From the NCBI RefSeq assembly GCF_018977255.1, contig NW_024704743.1:81718001-81782000 (forward strand): a stretch of DNA of 64,000 bases, written 5' to 3'. The translations under genes were made by a program, and so were the position numbers. Shown piece by piece: positions 50,206 through 63,265 of this stretch. The DNA is from Callorhinchus milii. Taxonomy: Eukaryota. The first letter of the stretch is position 1. Each line of letters starts with the position of its first letter. The notes under the pieces are model-generated. The model ran no database searches, had not been told where the DNA came from, and saw only the letters and a list, made by a program, of their open reading frames with translations.

Positions 50206-52019
50206 ATTGTTTGCTGGCAATGGGAACATCACAGCCTCAAACTGTACTCATCCAATACTCACAAAGGCACACTTTTTAGGAAGTATCTCAGAAGTAGGAA
50301 CCTTGGCTGATTCCTCCTCCCCAACCCTTTCAACGAGGACAATTATAGCACCATAAATGTTTCACTCCTGAAATGAACTAACTCAGCACTGACCAGGATT
50401 CAAACCTGCAACCAACCAATTTCTACGACCTAGTGCTTTTTGCTAATAGGCCATCAGGAGTACTCGAACAACAGTTATAGGACATTGCTGTACACAAATT
50501 GGCTGACGCATTCCCCTACAAACTGCATAGACATTTTTGTAGTATATCCTGTGAAGCGCTTTAAGAACACTCCTGACATGAAAGGTGCTATGTCAAAGGC
50601 AAGGATTATTATTATAAAACTATTTTAATGGAAAATGGTCAGATAAGAGCCCTTCTTACTCCTCTGACTTACTTGGATGTGAAACTACAAAACAATACAA
50701 CTTACATTTCTATAGCGCCTTTCACTTTGGGAGGACATCTTAAAGCATTAACACTGCTGGCTGGTACCTGAGTTGGGATTGGTAGCCAAATGGGGTGGGG
50801 AGTGGAAAGAATGACTGAAAGCATAGTCAAAGAACCACATCATAAGACAGACCTTAAATAATAAGGAGGGAGTGAAAAGGTTTCTCAATTTCTCTTCATA
50901 GGACAGAATTTCTCCCAAAACAATTAAAACTAACAGGAAGCCAACAATTGGGGATGGTAGTCTTGTGGGTCAGTTTTCATATTAGCCAGCAGGAAATATG
51001 GTACATTCTTTGGGTTAAAGTGTTTTTCAAGCACTTTTTGAATTAATGGCTGGAATGCAAAGATTTCAAACACTTTGCTTATGATTTACTTAATGTGAAG
51101 TGCTGGCTTTGAACATTTCATCAACCCATCAGCTGACAACATGCAATCCTTTAGAGTCCAAACTCAGGAACACAGCTACATGACAAGGTTCTTCTATAAT
51201 GGTGCTCTGCTATGTAGAACCGATTACATTTATTGTTAGTTTTGGCCCTTACCTATCGGAAACATCCTGGAGGCTAGTTAGGCCTGATGTACCCATACTC
51301 CCATTTATCACTGGGAATATAACAGAGGCACAGAAAGGTTTTACAGTACTATAGAAGTGCAATGTGGTTGCTAGGCTTTGATACACAAACAGGGCAAATT
51401 GGACTGGCAACTTGAGCAATGGAAATGGTAACCATCTCCTCCACTGAGCAATACATAGTAATTCCTCCTTATCCAGTCCTTCAGGATTTTGTGTCTTAAT
51501 TTCTGCAAATTGAACTGATTTAGAAACACTTTGCAAATGTCACAAGAGGAAACACTGACTGACAAAGTGAAATTTGAAAATCTTCCCCTGGCACTTAGTG
51601 GTTTCAAAGGTTACATTCTGCTTGTTTAGCTGTGTCAAAGACATTTATTGGGTGTTTTGGTGCCACAAGCTCCATATTGTGTTTGTGATGATGTATCACT
51701 TGTTTAATGTAGAATGCAATCCCTCAGGTAATGAATTACCAATGTCTTTTAAACTTTGGAGTGATGATTTATGTGAACATTGCCTACTCTGTCAGAGCCA
51801 CAGAACAGAGGCATACTTAAATAAATTACATTAACTGGAATTTGATTTCCTAGAGGTCAGTTAGTAAATAGCTGCACTATTGCCAGGTTACAGTGAGGAC
51901 AGTCTCTGCTGTGCTCCATTTACACTCTTGTTTTCCTGTCTTTTTCCCATTGTATTCCTGTCTCTTTCCCATTGAATTTCACCTTAATTTAGATTTATTC
52001 ATTAATATAGCATTTCATG

Positions 52020-53531
52020 TCATCAACCAGTCCCTCTCCTCCGGATCAGTCCCTGACCCCCTCAAAACTGCTGTCATCACCGCCCTCCTCAAAAAACCTT
52101 CCCTAGATCCCTCAAACCCCAGCCACTGCTGACCTATTTCAAACCTGCCCTTTCTCTCAAAAGTCCGAGAATGCATTGTTGCAAATCAACTCAGCGCACA
52201 CCTCTGTTCCCACTTCCTCTTCGAACCCCTCCAGTCCAGTTTCCACCCTGTCCACAGTACAGAGACTGTGCTTGTGAAAGTCTCAAATGACATCCTCTCT
52301 ATTTGTGACCAGGGCTCCCTCTGCCTCCTTGTCCTCCTGGACCTCTCCGCCGCTTTCGACACAGTCGATCACACCATCCTCCTCCATCACTTTTCCTTAG
52401 TCATCCACCTCAGTGGGACCGCACTCACCTGGTTTGAGTTCTACCTCACAAACCGCCAGCAGTACATCTACATAAACGGCTTCTTCTCCCGCTCTCACCC
52501 GGTCACCTGCGGGGTACCCCAAGGATCCATCCTTGGCCCCCTCCTCTTTCTAATCTACATGCTCCCTCTTGGGGATGTCATCCACAGATCATGGGGTACA
52601 CTTCCACATATATGTGGACAGCACCCAACTCTATTTTTCCACCTCATATTGCAACCCCCAGTCCTTTGATGTTCTGTCAGCCTGCCTGTCAGACATCAGG
52701 AGCTGGATGAGCGCGAATTTCCTTCAGCTGAATGTTGACAAGACAGAAGCCATACTCTTTGGCTCTCGTCAACGTCTAAAATCACAAAGTTCTCACTTCC
52801 TCCACCTACCCGACCTCTCCCTAAAACCCTCCAAACCCTTACGCAACCTAGGCGTCAGGTTCAATCCCCAATTATCCTTCCTCCCCCACATCCGGTCCCT
52901 CATCAGCACTGCTTTCTTCCACCTCTGACGCATCACCCGTCTCTGCCAATACCTCACTCCAAAAGCCGCTGAAACCCTGGTCCATGCTTTTGTCACCTCT
53001 CGGCTGGACTATTGAAATGCCCTCCTCGCCGGTCTCCCCTCCACTACCATTCACAAAATCCAGGTCATCCAAAACTCTGCCGCCCACATTCTTACCCGCA
53101 CCAAACTTCGCTCCCCGATTACCCCAGTCCTTTCCAGACTGCACTGGCTGCCTGTCCCAGAGAGGATCGACTTCAAGATCCTCACCCTTGTCTTCAAATC
53201 CCTACACTCCTCCATACCCCCCTACCTCTCTGACTTCCTCTCTCCTCATAACAGTGCCCGTTGCCTTCCTCCACTGGGTCTGCACTCCTCCTTGTCCCCC
53301 GAATCCTCCACTCTACCATACGTCTGCCACTACGCCCCGAGGTTCTGGAACTCCCTTCCTCACTCCCTTCGCCTCACCCCCTCTCTTCCTATTTTCAGGT
53401 CTCAACTGAAGACCTTTCTTTTTGACTGTGCCTTCGGTCACCTTCCCCTCCCCCAGGCATCCGTTATTGTGAAGCGCTCTGAGATGATGTCCGGCGTGGA
53501 AGGCACTATATAAATCCAAGTTGTTATTGTT
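52020..53531 (+). mobile_element. 5'-truncated L2 LINE, tail type B-like
   Basis: LLDLSAAFDTVDH, GVPQGSILGPLLFLIYMLPLG, YVDSTQLY, LQLNVDKTE. Confidence 0.93.
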
Positions 53532-53906
53532 CAAAGGATCCAGAATTTGGCAGATTTTTAAATTAACTATTTAATCTTGAAAACATTTATTCTGTCATTT
53601 TCTTTTATGATCTATAGAAAAACGACTTCAAAGTTAAGACTGAATTCGACAGATTGTCCTCTGCACACTCTGAAATGTTGCATTTATAGAGTCAATTTTG
53701 ATCCAGGTGGAATTATACTCCAGAAGTGTTTAGAATTTTTTTTCTATGGAGAGAAAAAGCATAATTTGTTTTTCTCTGTCATAGTTTTGTTTTCCTCTGG
53801 CTCGTCTCCCTCTGTTCAGTTCTACCCCATGGCGTATAGGGCTTGGCTCACCTACACAGCACAGATGTACATGTGTGTTTCTGACCCTCTCCTAACCTCC
53901 CTGCAG

Positions 53907-53930
53907 CTGTCGTTGTTCACACTGCCACAG
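53907..53930 (+). other. Candidate 24-nt microexon of an unknown host gene
   Basis: Branch-like ctgac/cctaac, pyrimidine tract, tgcag|ctgtcgttgttcacactgccacag|gttaat; no stop in any frame. Confidence 0.25.
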
Positions 53931-54454
53931 GTTAATGTTCTGGTTTGGATCCATTATTGACATAACTGAAGAATTAGACCCAAGTATTTATCTCCCTTTC
54001 ACAGGCGGATTGTTCAAAAGTGCACATTCACTGTATTTTGCTTTTTTTTTCCGAAATGCAAAGGTGGATAGAAACTATCTTTTGTTTAAGTCTTCGGGTG
54101 GCAATCCCAAGTACCAGCAGTATAATAGATATTCATTATAGCACAATAGTCGGGGTGCATAAAACCTCAACCAGTGTTATAACTAGGCACAATTTCCAGT
54201 CAGTGCTTCTGCATTCACTTGCTTCAAAACATCAGCTGACTTTCTGCTTGCTAAAAACTAGCCGACATCTGGGTCATTCAGTTTGATGCTAACATCATTA
54301 CTAGCACAGTGCGCAGGAAATGATGTCGTCAATGACCCAATGACCTGGACATTGGCTGATTTTTTAACATGTAACAAGTTGCCTGGAGTTTTGAAGTAAA
54401 TCAGCCAATTTACATTTTGGAAAATTTGGAAAGTAAATGTCTTTAGCAAGCAAA

Positions 54455-54520
54455 ACTGCCTGATCTGCTGAGTGTTCCCAGTGTTCTGTTTTTGTTTCAG
54501 ATTTCCAGCATCTGCAGTGT
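54455..54520 (+). mobile_element. Penelope-like pLTR fragment
   Basis: ctgcctgatctgctgagtgttcccag...tgtttttgtttcagatttccagcat matches 4638-4700. Confidence 0.7.
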
Positions 54521-54847
54521 TTCACATTCTGCATTATAATGAAGTGGATTATAATATGCGATTTTTCTGATCTAAGTCAGGAATCCTTTGTACACATTGG
54601 ATAGGTGTTGGACAATGAGCATACGTGATTGTACTTGGATGTTTTTAGATATATTTTACATTCACATTTATATGTTCTTACACACAAAAAAAAACCTGCG
54701 TAGACTTTGTGTGTTGACTCATACCGAGAAGTGGATTTGGGTTCAACTATTTCTTTGAAGATGGGACCATATAACACCACGGCAGAGCCCTGAGTGACTT
54801 GAACTCTGAATTTCATTTACAAAATGTGTTTAATACAACAGTGAATA

Positions 54848-54954
54848 CTGTATTTACTTGAATCTAAGTTACAGGGAGATTTTAGAGTGTTTGAGGAGAA
54901 AAAAAATTACTTTTCAATGGAAAAGGTTGTCCCTTGGATTTTGAGTGAATAAGG
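54848..54954. mobile_element. Tc1/mariner-superfamily (Tc2/pogo-like) MITE
   Basis: Imperfect TIRs ctgtatttacttgaatctaag / cttggattttgagtgaataagg, flanked by TA on both sides. Confidence 0.6.
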
Positions 54955-55686
54955 TAATTACAACAGCCTAACTTCAAAACATCAAGTTAGCCAATTAGTT
55001 TGGCAAGTTGAGATGACTTTAGTTCTTCTGTTTGGCAACATCTTAAAGTATTCATATGGTCTATGGTTTCGATGACATCTTCAATGACAATCCAGTCAGA
55101 CTTTATTATACCTCCAGTCAAAATGTTATAATTCTTTTTTTAATTAGCAACACTATTAACTGAATGAAATAAAGAGCAGATGAGTGGGAGAATACAATGT
55201 GCCCCATGACAATCAGACATTACATTTTCCCCCTCCTAAGTTATTAAGCCGTAGTGAGGCACTTTAGTGAGATACACCATGAAATAATACAAGCGATGTT
55301 TCTGGCACTGTTATGCTACGTTAAGGTCCATTAATGTACCTCAGTTCTTCAGAATGGATACTTTGGAAAATTTCTAATTTTAGCAGTTGCTTTCTTCTCC
55401 TTCAGTTTTATCTCTTATTTCTTCTCCGACTCTCCCCCTTGCTCACCTCTTTTTGAGGGCTGTACTCGTTGACAGCGGCTTCAGTCATTTTCCCTTCCTC
55501 ACCTCCCTTGGCTGCCACTCCCAGCTCGGGTGCCAAGCCAGGATTGTCAAGCCCTTTGGGATATCCCCCTGATGTGAAAGGCACTGTATAAATGCCACTA
55601 TATAGCTTTTGAACATAGATAATGTGGGGTGGGGGTGGGGGAGGTTGTAAGGGTTGGGACTGCCAGAAGGTGACGGCGTCTTGACA

Positions 55687-56004
55687 ATAATAATAATAAT
55701 AATCCTTGCATTTGATATAGCGCTTTTCACGTCTTCTAGATGTCCCAAAGCGCTTCACAGAATATACTGTAAAGTGAATTGACTGTATATTTGTGGGCGA
55801 ATGCGGCAGCCAATTGCGCACAGCAATGTCCCACCAACAGTCGTAGATTGAAAATGACCAATTTATTATTGTTTTTGGTTTTGGAGGGATTATTATTAGG
55901 CGTGTGGAGTAAGGAAACTTGTCCAAGGTTTCACCCTGCCTGGAATTGAACTCAGGTCTCTTGCTTGCAAAGCGAGTGCTCTAACCACTGAACTACAGGA
56001 CTCC
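55687..56004 (-). mobile_element. tRNA(Ala) SINE
   Basis: Full-length revcomp copy; young-type head with an older-type tail loop. Confidence 0.95.
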
Positions 56005-57119
56005 ACGCATGCATGCCTGCTGATAGTGGGGGGGGGGCCATGGGGGGAAGGAATCTGCAGTAAGCTCAAGTTTGCTGAATAACGAGGCAAACAGAAGAGC
56101 TGGGCTAGAGAAGATCACAACGGTAGGAAGGAGTGAAAGTATGAAGTGAGTTGTAGCTGAGGATCTTGAATTCAATCCACTGGGAGCTGAGGAGTCATTG
56201 GAGCCTAGAGAGTTATACATTTACATAGAGTTATAGTGAGATATACATAGAGTTATTGTTACATGGAGTTACATAGAGTGATACAACATGGACACATGAA
56301 AACTACTCTGTGCCAGTGTTCATACTCCACACAAACCTTTAACCCTCCAAATCCCTTTACCTATTTATTGTGGAGCTAGAGAGGCCAGCGAGGAGGGCAT
56401 TGAGAAGTTAAGTCTGGAGGTGATGAAGGTATGAATGAGGGTTTTGGCAACAGTAGCAGTGATGTGCTTCCCCACAGTGCTCCAACCAGAATTCTAGTCA
56501 AAAGCTATCAAAACTCAACCCAGTCAAGAATACCAGTCAAGACAGTGAGTTAAATTTACAGCTCTGCCTGAGATCTTGTGATCCATAGCTAGGTCTAGCA
56601 GGCTGTCAGCAAAGACTTCCTTTCAGGGTATAACTACTTGTCAGATATGAACATTTTGCACAGTCTTAGTGTACAATTTATTCAGAACTGTAGGAGACAG
56701 TCTGTGTGGTCTGGCCAAAATGAAAGATGAAAAGAAATAGTCTGTGGTTTCCCCTCTGTGGTTTTAATAAGCATATTGGAGTCATTTTCCCAAAGTGTCC
56801 TGAAACCTAATCCATCTCCGACTATCACTATCCATAATCTTCCTCGACCCATTAATTGTTTGCTGCTAGCCAAAAGGACAGGCCTGCTACAGCAGACAGT
56901 GGGCTCAGTGGGGGGAGAAATGTATGCACTGGAAGGAATACATTCCTTTCAGGATAACTATTAGGTTTAATCTTTAAAATAAGGAGAGCAAAACAGGAAG
57001 CACAAGGGAAACGGAATAACATTTTCATTGTTTGATTATTTTATGCCAGTACAAAGAATTATTGGAGATCGAGAATTAACTATCAAGGTCTACTTGATGC
57101 CCCCCGCCCTACCCGCCCC

Positions 57120-57520
57120 ATCATCTTAGCCTTTCTGCCCCTGAGCTCTAGCACTTCACCGGACACCCTCCCTCACCTTGTTCAAGGTCCATTTCTTTGA
57201 CTACGCTTTCGGTCATCTTTCCCCTTTCCACCCACTCAATTCCCATCCCCAGCTTGGGTGTCAAACCAGGAGTGTTAAGTACCTTGGGAAGTTGACATAA
57301 CATAACATGTAGGAGCAGGAGTAGGCGATTCGGCCCTGCGAGCCTGCCCCGCCATTCAATCATGGCTGATCTTCTAATCTAACTCCAGCTAATAACATAA
57401 CCCTGCCTTATCCCCATATCTCTTAATCTTTTTTGCAATAAGAAACCTATCTATCTCAGTCTTGAATACGTTCAACCTGACCTGACATGAAAGGCACTAT
57501 ATAAATGTGAATTTGTATTA
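57120..57520. mobile_element. Old L2 3' end (+) interrupted by a CR1 3' end (minus, ~57295-57480)
   Basis: L2 stem-loop broken at ccttggga|...|cctgacatgaaaggcact by cataacataacatgtaggagcaggagtaggcgattcggccc. Confidence 0.7.
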
Positions 57521-57959
57521 TATTGTAATTATCAAACACCACAAATTTTGCCCGATTTTTTTCAAAGTATACATGAAGAATGGTCATTGGAGTAAGTGAT
57601 TGAGAGGCAGACAGAGCTTGTAGAACCACATCCCACAGTGTGTCAGCATCCTGGGTGGAGGAATGGAGAAAATGAAAGGGTTAGAAAAATCACTTTAAGT
57701 AGATGATGCTTGTGTACTGTCAATAATTTGTCAATAATTTGTCTCCCCAATGCCTCAATCATTAAATTCACTGCTCAGTGTAGCGTTGTGCCGCAAAGCA
57801 TCTGAAAGCCCAGCTACTCACTGTTTCCCAGTGCCCCTGCGCCACTGAAACAAAGGAACACAGCAGCTTGGTACACTGATTTGATCTGGTTGTTGGACTT
57901 GGCTTTGCTGAATGCAGACACTTTGTGCTAAAGTTGGGCAAGACTATCACTGATAAAAA

Positions 57960-58322
57960 AAAATAATCCTTGCGTTTGATCTTGTGCCTTATCACATCTT
58001 CGAGACATCTCAAAGCGCTTCACAGAATATACTGTAAACTGAATTGCCTGTATATTTTGTGAGTGAAATGCGGCAGGCAATTGCACACAGCAGTGTCCCG
58101 CAAACAGTCGTGGTTTGAGTGACCAAATTATTATTTTTTTGTGAAGGGATTCTTACCCGGAAAAGCGATCCGCCAATCAGCCAACAACCGGTTCCTACTG
58201 CTAGGTAAACAGAGGTGTGTGGAGTAAGGAAACTTGCCCAATGTTTCGCCATGCTTGGGAATCAAACCCAGGTGGTCTCTCTTGCGAGGCGAGTGCTCTA
58301 ACCACTAAGCTATAGAACTCCT
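57960..58322 (-). mobile_element. tRNA SINE, long variant
   Basis: Extra ~55-nt segment (aaagcgatccgccaatc...ctactgctaggtaaacag) between head and body. Confidence 0.88.
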
Positions 58323-59734
58323 GTTTTTATTACAGTTCATTTTGCATCAAAAAAGCTCAAAGAGCTTACCAGAATACACAGTCACAACACTTTACAGTAT
58401 ATCCTGTGAAGTGCTTTGAGACGTATTGAAGAAATAATAAAGTGCAAGTGCAAGGAATTTTTTTTAAACCAAGTTCCCTTCTGCTGTCCACATTAAAGAT
58501 CCCATGGCACAATTTGAAAAGTGAACCGAGTTTCTCCTGATGTCCTGGCCAACAACTCACCAAGTAAAATTGACACATGGCTGTGCAAAAATTAGCTGCT
58601 AAGTTTCTTTACCATTACACAGTCACTACACTTTACGGTAAAATCTTGTGAAGCATTTTGAGAAATTTTGAAGATGTGATAAAGCGCTGTGTAAAAGACA
58701 AAGATTATTGTTTTATATTTTAAGGCAAAACGATCTCAAGGCTAAAGCTAGATTGTATTTCGAGCCACTTGAGCCTTCGGCCAAGCTGAAATCTTCATTA
58801 GATGTTGTGTACTTCTTTCTGTCATTCTTACATCCAGCTCCTGTTGCTGATCACTTTTGTGTCGTGCTGCTGTCTGCTCGTTGCCCTCGTGGGTCATTCA
58901 GTTTGCCCCTGAATCCAATATTGGAATAAATTGTACAGTAAGACTGTGACATGCTCCTTTCTGCCTGTCTGTTTTGCTGTCCAGATCCAGTCAGTGGTGC
59001 TGCATAGACTGTTTCATACTTTCTACAATGTGTTCCTCCTTCTGAGTCTCGATTGCCTGACCCAGAGCCTAAGGTCTAACAAGATATTTTAGCTCTCTGT
59101 GCTATGGGAAGGCTGTGGTCCTGTCAGCACCTCTTATATTAGTAGTGTGTATTTCTATGTTTGCTTTGGAACCTCCCAGGCTCCAGAGGATCAGACTTTT
59201 CTTATCCTACCTATAATAACTCAGTCTGATCTCTAGATTAAAAAAATAACTACAAGCTGTGGGCTTGTGAAATAACAGTGTCTTCATTTAATTAGGAAAG
59301 GGGCAGGGCCAGATGAAGTTATCTGGGGGACCTAAACTAGATCATGTTTGGAGGCCCTTCTTACTGTGCATGCAAAATGTACAACAATACCTTTTTGTGG
59401 ACTTCAGACACAAGTTTACATTTAATATGAGATTTTATTATAATTTATTTAAAAGTACTTATAATTGAACATAAATGATTACATGTTAAAAACATGTAAA
59501 GTTACAAATAACATGATAAAATTGTATGAAAAGTTGATTTACTTAACGTTTCCAAGACAAAATGTCACAAGAACAGCAGTTCCATGTGCTTTTCCTGATT
59601 GGAATATTTATTTTCAGCTTGTGGGTTCTGATGACATACAAGTGGCTGCATATAAAAAAAACAAAAAAAACAACAAAAATAAATCACATTTTTGTGAAGT
59701 GCTTTGAGACGTCTCAAAGATATGATAAGGCATA

Positions 59735-61095
59735 TAGGTTCACTGGCACTGTTCCCACCCCCTTAAAAGCAGCGGTCATCTCACCACTATCCTCAAAAAT
59801 CCTTCCCTGGACACATCCCTGCTTTGCAACTACTGCCCCATCTCCAACATCCCTTTCCTTTCCAAGATCCTTCCCAGCTTAGCTCATTCCACTCCCGCCA
59901 CAGCCTCTACGAACCCCTCCAATCGGGTTTCCATACTGCCCAGAGCACAGAAATATCTATGGTCAGAGTGACAAGAGACATTTGTCCATCTGTGATCACG
60001 GCTACCTCTGCCTCCTCATCCTCCTTGACCTTTGTGTAGCCTTTGACACAATTGATCATTCTATCCTCCTCCACCGCCTCTCCTCTCACCTCAACCTTCA
60101 CGGTTCTGTCTTTGACTGAGTCAGATCCTACCTTTCACACCGTCTCTACTTCGTCTCCACAACGGCTTCTCCTCTAGCCCCTGTACAGTTTCGTGTGGTG
60201 TTCCTTAGCGCTCTGTCCTTGGTCCTCTCCTCCTCAACATGTACTTGCTCCCTCTTGGTGATATCATCTGCAGACATGAGCTCAACTTCAACATGTATGC
60301 AGATGACACACAACTGTACCTCTCTGCCTCCACCTTCAACTCCAGGACAACTGCTGTTCTTACAGATTGTCTGTCAGACATCAAGTCCTGGATGAAAGCT
60401 AACTTTCTCTAGTTGAACATCAACAAGACCAAGGGCCTCCTGATTGGTTCCCGTCAGCACCTCCACACCTCAGGCACTGACAACATCACCATCCATGGAT
60501 GCTCATTCCACCTCACTGAGTCAGTCCGGAACATTGGTGTCTTGTTTGACCCTCAACTGTCTTTTCTACCCACATCCATGCCATGACCTGCTCTGCCTTC
60601 CCCCATCTCCACAACATTGCCCGGTTCCGCCACTGCTCCCCTCAGCCCACCGAAACCGTTATCCACATATTTATTACATCTCAGCTTGAATTGTGATAAA
60701 TGGCTGATGGCTTGACAATGCTTGCAGATCATCCAGAATTCTGCAGCTCATGTCCTCTCCCACACCTGGCTCCGTGACCCTATCAAGCCTACCCGCGCCG
60801 GCTCCACTTGAAACTCTATCCCCCAGAGGATAGCTCCTTCCTATCTCAGTGACCTGCTAACCCCATATCAACCTGTCGGATCTCTCCATTCAGCAGGCTA
60901 GATGTCTCCCGCCTGTCCCACGGCCGCAATCGGAGATCGGGCCTTCAGTCTCTCTCCCTCAGCCTTTGGAACTCCATCCCACATTCCCTTTGCCTCACTC
61001 TCTCCCTTGCCTCCTTCAAGGTACATCTCAAGACCATCCTCTTCGATCACGCCTTTGGCCGTCCTCCTGCCCTCCCTGCCCTCCACACCCCCCAT
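59735..61095 (+). mobile_element. Degenerate L2 LINE fragment
   Basis: YEPLQSGFHTAQSTE, tatgcagatgacacacaactgtac (YADDTQLY), RAFSLS. Confidence 0.9.
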
Positions 61096-62354
61096 TGACC
61101 AGGACACTGTAGTCCGGTACCTATGCAAAAAACATACCAGCTTGGTTATGGGCTTTTAATAAATATTTTGCATAAGGTACAGCAACTTATACATTGCCTT
61201 TCATGTACATAATATCTCCAAACACTTTATTAAAATAATAATCCTTGGATTTAATACAGTACCTTATCACATTGTTTAGTGACTGTGTATCAAATACAAG
61301 GATTATTATTTGTAGTCAATTTGCTCCCAAAACAGCAATGAACTGAATGACCAGTTATATATGGGGGGATTGTTGGCCAGGATACCAAAGGTAATTGCCT
61401 TCACTTTATAGACGCTCAGAGGGGCCTCAGTTTAACAGCTCATGTGAAGGATGACATCTGTACCAATGCAGTGCTTCTCCAACAATCTAGACCATGGGCT
61501 CAAAGTCCTGATGTGGAGCTTGAATCCATAATGTCCAGCATGACACAGGATATGTGCAGAAAAATAGTTATTTAAAGAGGAAAAGCTCAAAGACCATGCT
61601 TTAATAAAGAAGTATTACATTTCAAGTACTGTAAAAGAAAGACATTAATAACTTTTAACAGTTTTTAATTCCCTTCCACTTCAATGAATAAAAAGGATTG
61701 CTGGCTTATCTTGAAGTAAAAATCTATGGCTGGGATGTCTTGCTACAGATGATGTAGTGTCATGATAACTTTTCATAAAGGACTAATCTAAGCCTTAATG
61801 ATAAAAGCCAAAGCCATGTTTTGCTTCAGTTTGTTAATAAGATCTATTCTCATTATTGAATTATTGTTTGAGTGGGATAGAACGAGAGAGATTACACCAT
61901 GCCATGCTATCCCTAGTGTAAAATAAGCACTCCGGAGATGGGAATAGCAGCTCAGGATAAGATGGAAGTACAGAGAACTGGGGTGGTGAGACTTAAAATG
62001 CATGAGAAAGACAAGGATTTTAACACCAGTAAATACTTACCACAATACATTCATCCCATATGCTTTATATTATAAAGTAAAAGCTAAACATGAGTGTACA
62101 GCCTGGTTATCAATCTAGTCTACTTTGCTGTAAATGCCGCCAGCCTGCCTTGTACCCATGAACTATTGAGATGACTCTTTGGTAGTTGGTATTCCCAGAT
62201 GTGGAGTTGGTATTCCCAGAAACCCATATTCAAAAGCTGTGAGCAAGCCAATCTAAATGCAGCCGCAAACGATTTTGGGCCCAACAACTGTGAAGAGATG
62301 GGGCAAGGGGAAATTAACCCATCATGAGATTAAGCAGAAAGCTCTGTGATGCTA

Positions 62355-62672
62355 ATAATATAATAATAATTTGCATTTGACATAGCGCCTTATCATGTCT
62401 TCTAGACGTCTTCAAAGCGTATCACAGAATATACCGTAAAGAGAATTTACTGTGTTTTTTGTGGGCGAAACGCGGATTGGGTGACCAAATAATTTTTAAA
62501 ATTTTTTTGAGAAGTTATTACTGAGGACTTAAATACATTGACGTTTGATTACCCAGTCACTTATTACGTGTGGAGTAAGGAAACTTGCCTAAAGTTTCTA
62601 ATTGCCTGGGAATCGAACCCAGGTCTTCTTGCTTGTGAGGTGAGTGCTCTAACCAATATATATGAAGGACTC
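62355..62672 (-). mobile_element. Decayed tRNA SINE with internal foreign insertion
   Basis: Tail, truncated body and head present; non-SINE segment at 62522-62562. Confidence 0.8.
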
Positions 62673-62879
62673 ATCACCAAAATTATCCACAGATAACACT
62701 GGTGATGAGTTATAAAAGTACATATGTAACACACATACACACAATATAATCAATTACTGATAGTTTTGTTGTTCTAGATTAAATAAATTCATATAAGGAC
62801 AAACTATTTTAAGCAGTAACAATTTGTGCCCCAAGAAAATATTTTAATATTATTTGCTCCAGAGCCAGTTGTTTTAATA

Positions 62880-63265
62880 CAATACAAATTACATTTGTAT
62901 AGCACCTTTCAACAACAACAATAACTTGCACTTATATAGTGTCCTCCACGCAGGGTAGCATCTCAGAGCAGTTTCACGTCGGGAGGACGTCCCAAGGCGT
63001 TGGACAGTCAGGGATTTGGACCCGAGCTGGGGGGTGGAATTGTGGAGATTGGTAGGAACTGAGGTAAGAAGGAGCAAGGCCGTGGAGAGCCTTGAAGGCA
63101 AGCACAAAGATTTTGAACTCTATCCTCTGGGGAATGGGGAGTCAGTGGAGCTGGGCGAGGGTGGGGGTGATGGGGTCATGGAGCCTAGTGCAGGAGAGGA
63201 CATAAGCTACAGAGTTATGGATGATCTGCAGCTTGTGGAGGGAAGAGTTGAGAGGGCGACCTGAG
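62880..63265 (-). mobile_element. L2 3' fragment (type A) with nested 60-bp type B tail
   Basis: LQIIHNSVA...LAQLH ORF; second tail 62912-62971 between tttca repeats. Confidence 0.8.

Noticed and set aside
51249..51536. 95-aa minus ORF ending near a gtaag donor
   Set aside because: No recognisable domain, no clear acceptor and no partner exons
55408..55926. 172-aa ORF and the recurring MGKFPYST.../KCKDYYYY peptides
   Set aside because: Chance reading frames through SINE sequence and (tta)n tails
56208..56282. Short gttacatagag-type tandem repeats resembling an array
   Set aside because: Degenerate microsatellite-like CR1 tail, with no repeat-spacer architecture and no cas genes
62683..62691. 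ttatccaca matching a bacterial DnaA box
   Set aside because: Eukaryotic context; a single 9-mer can occur by chance
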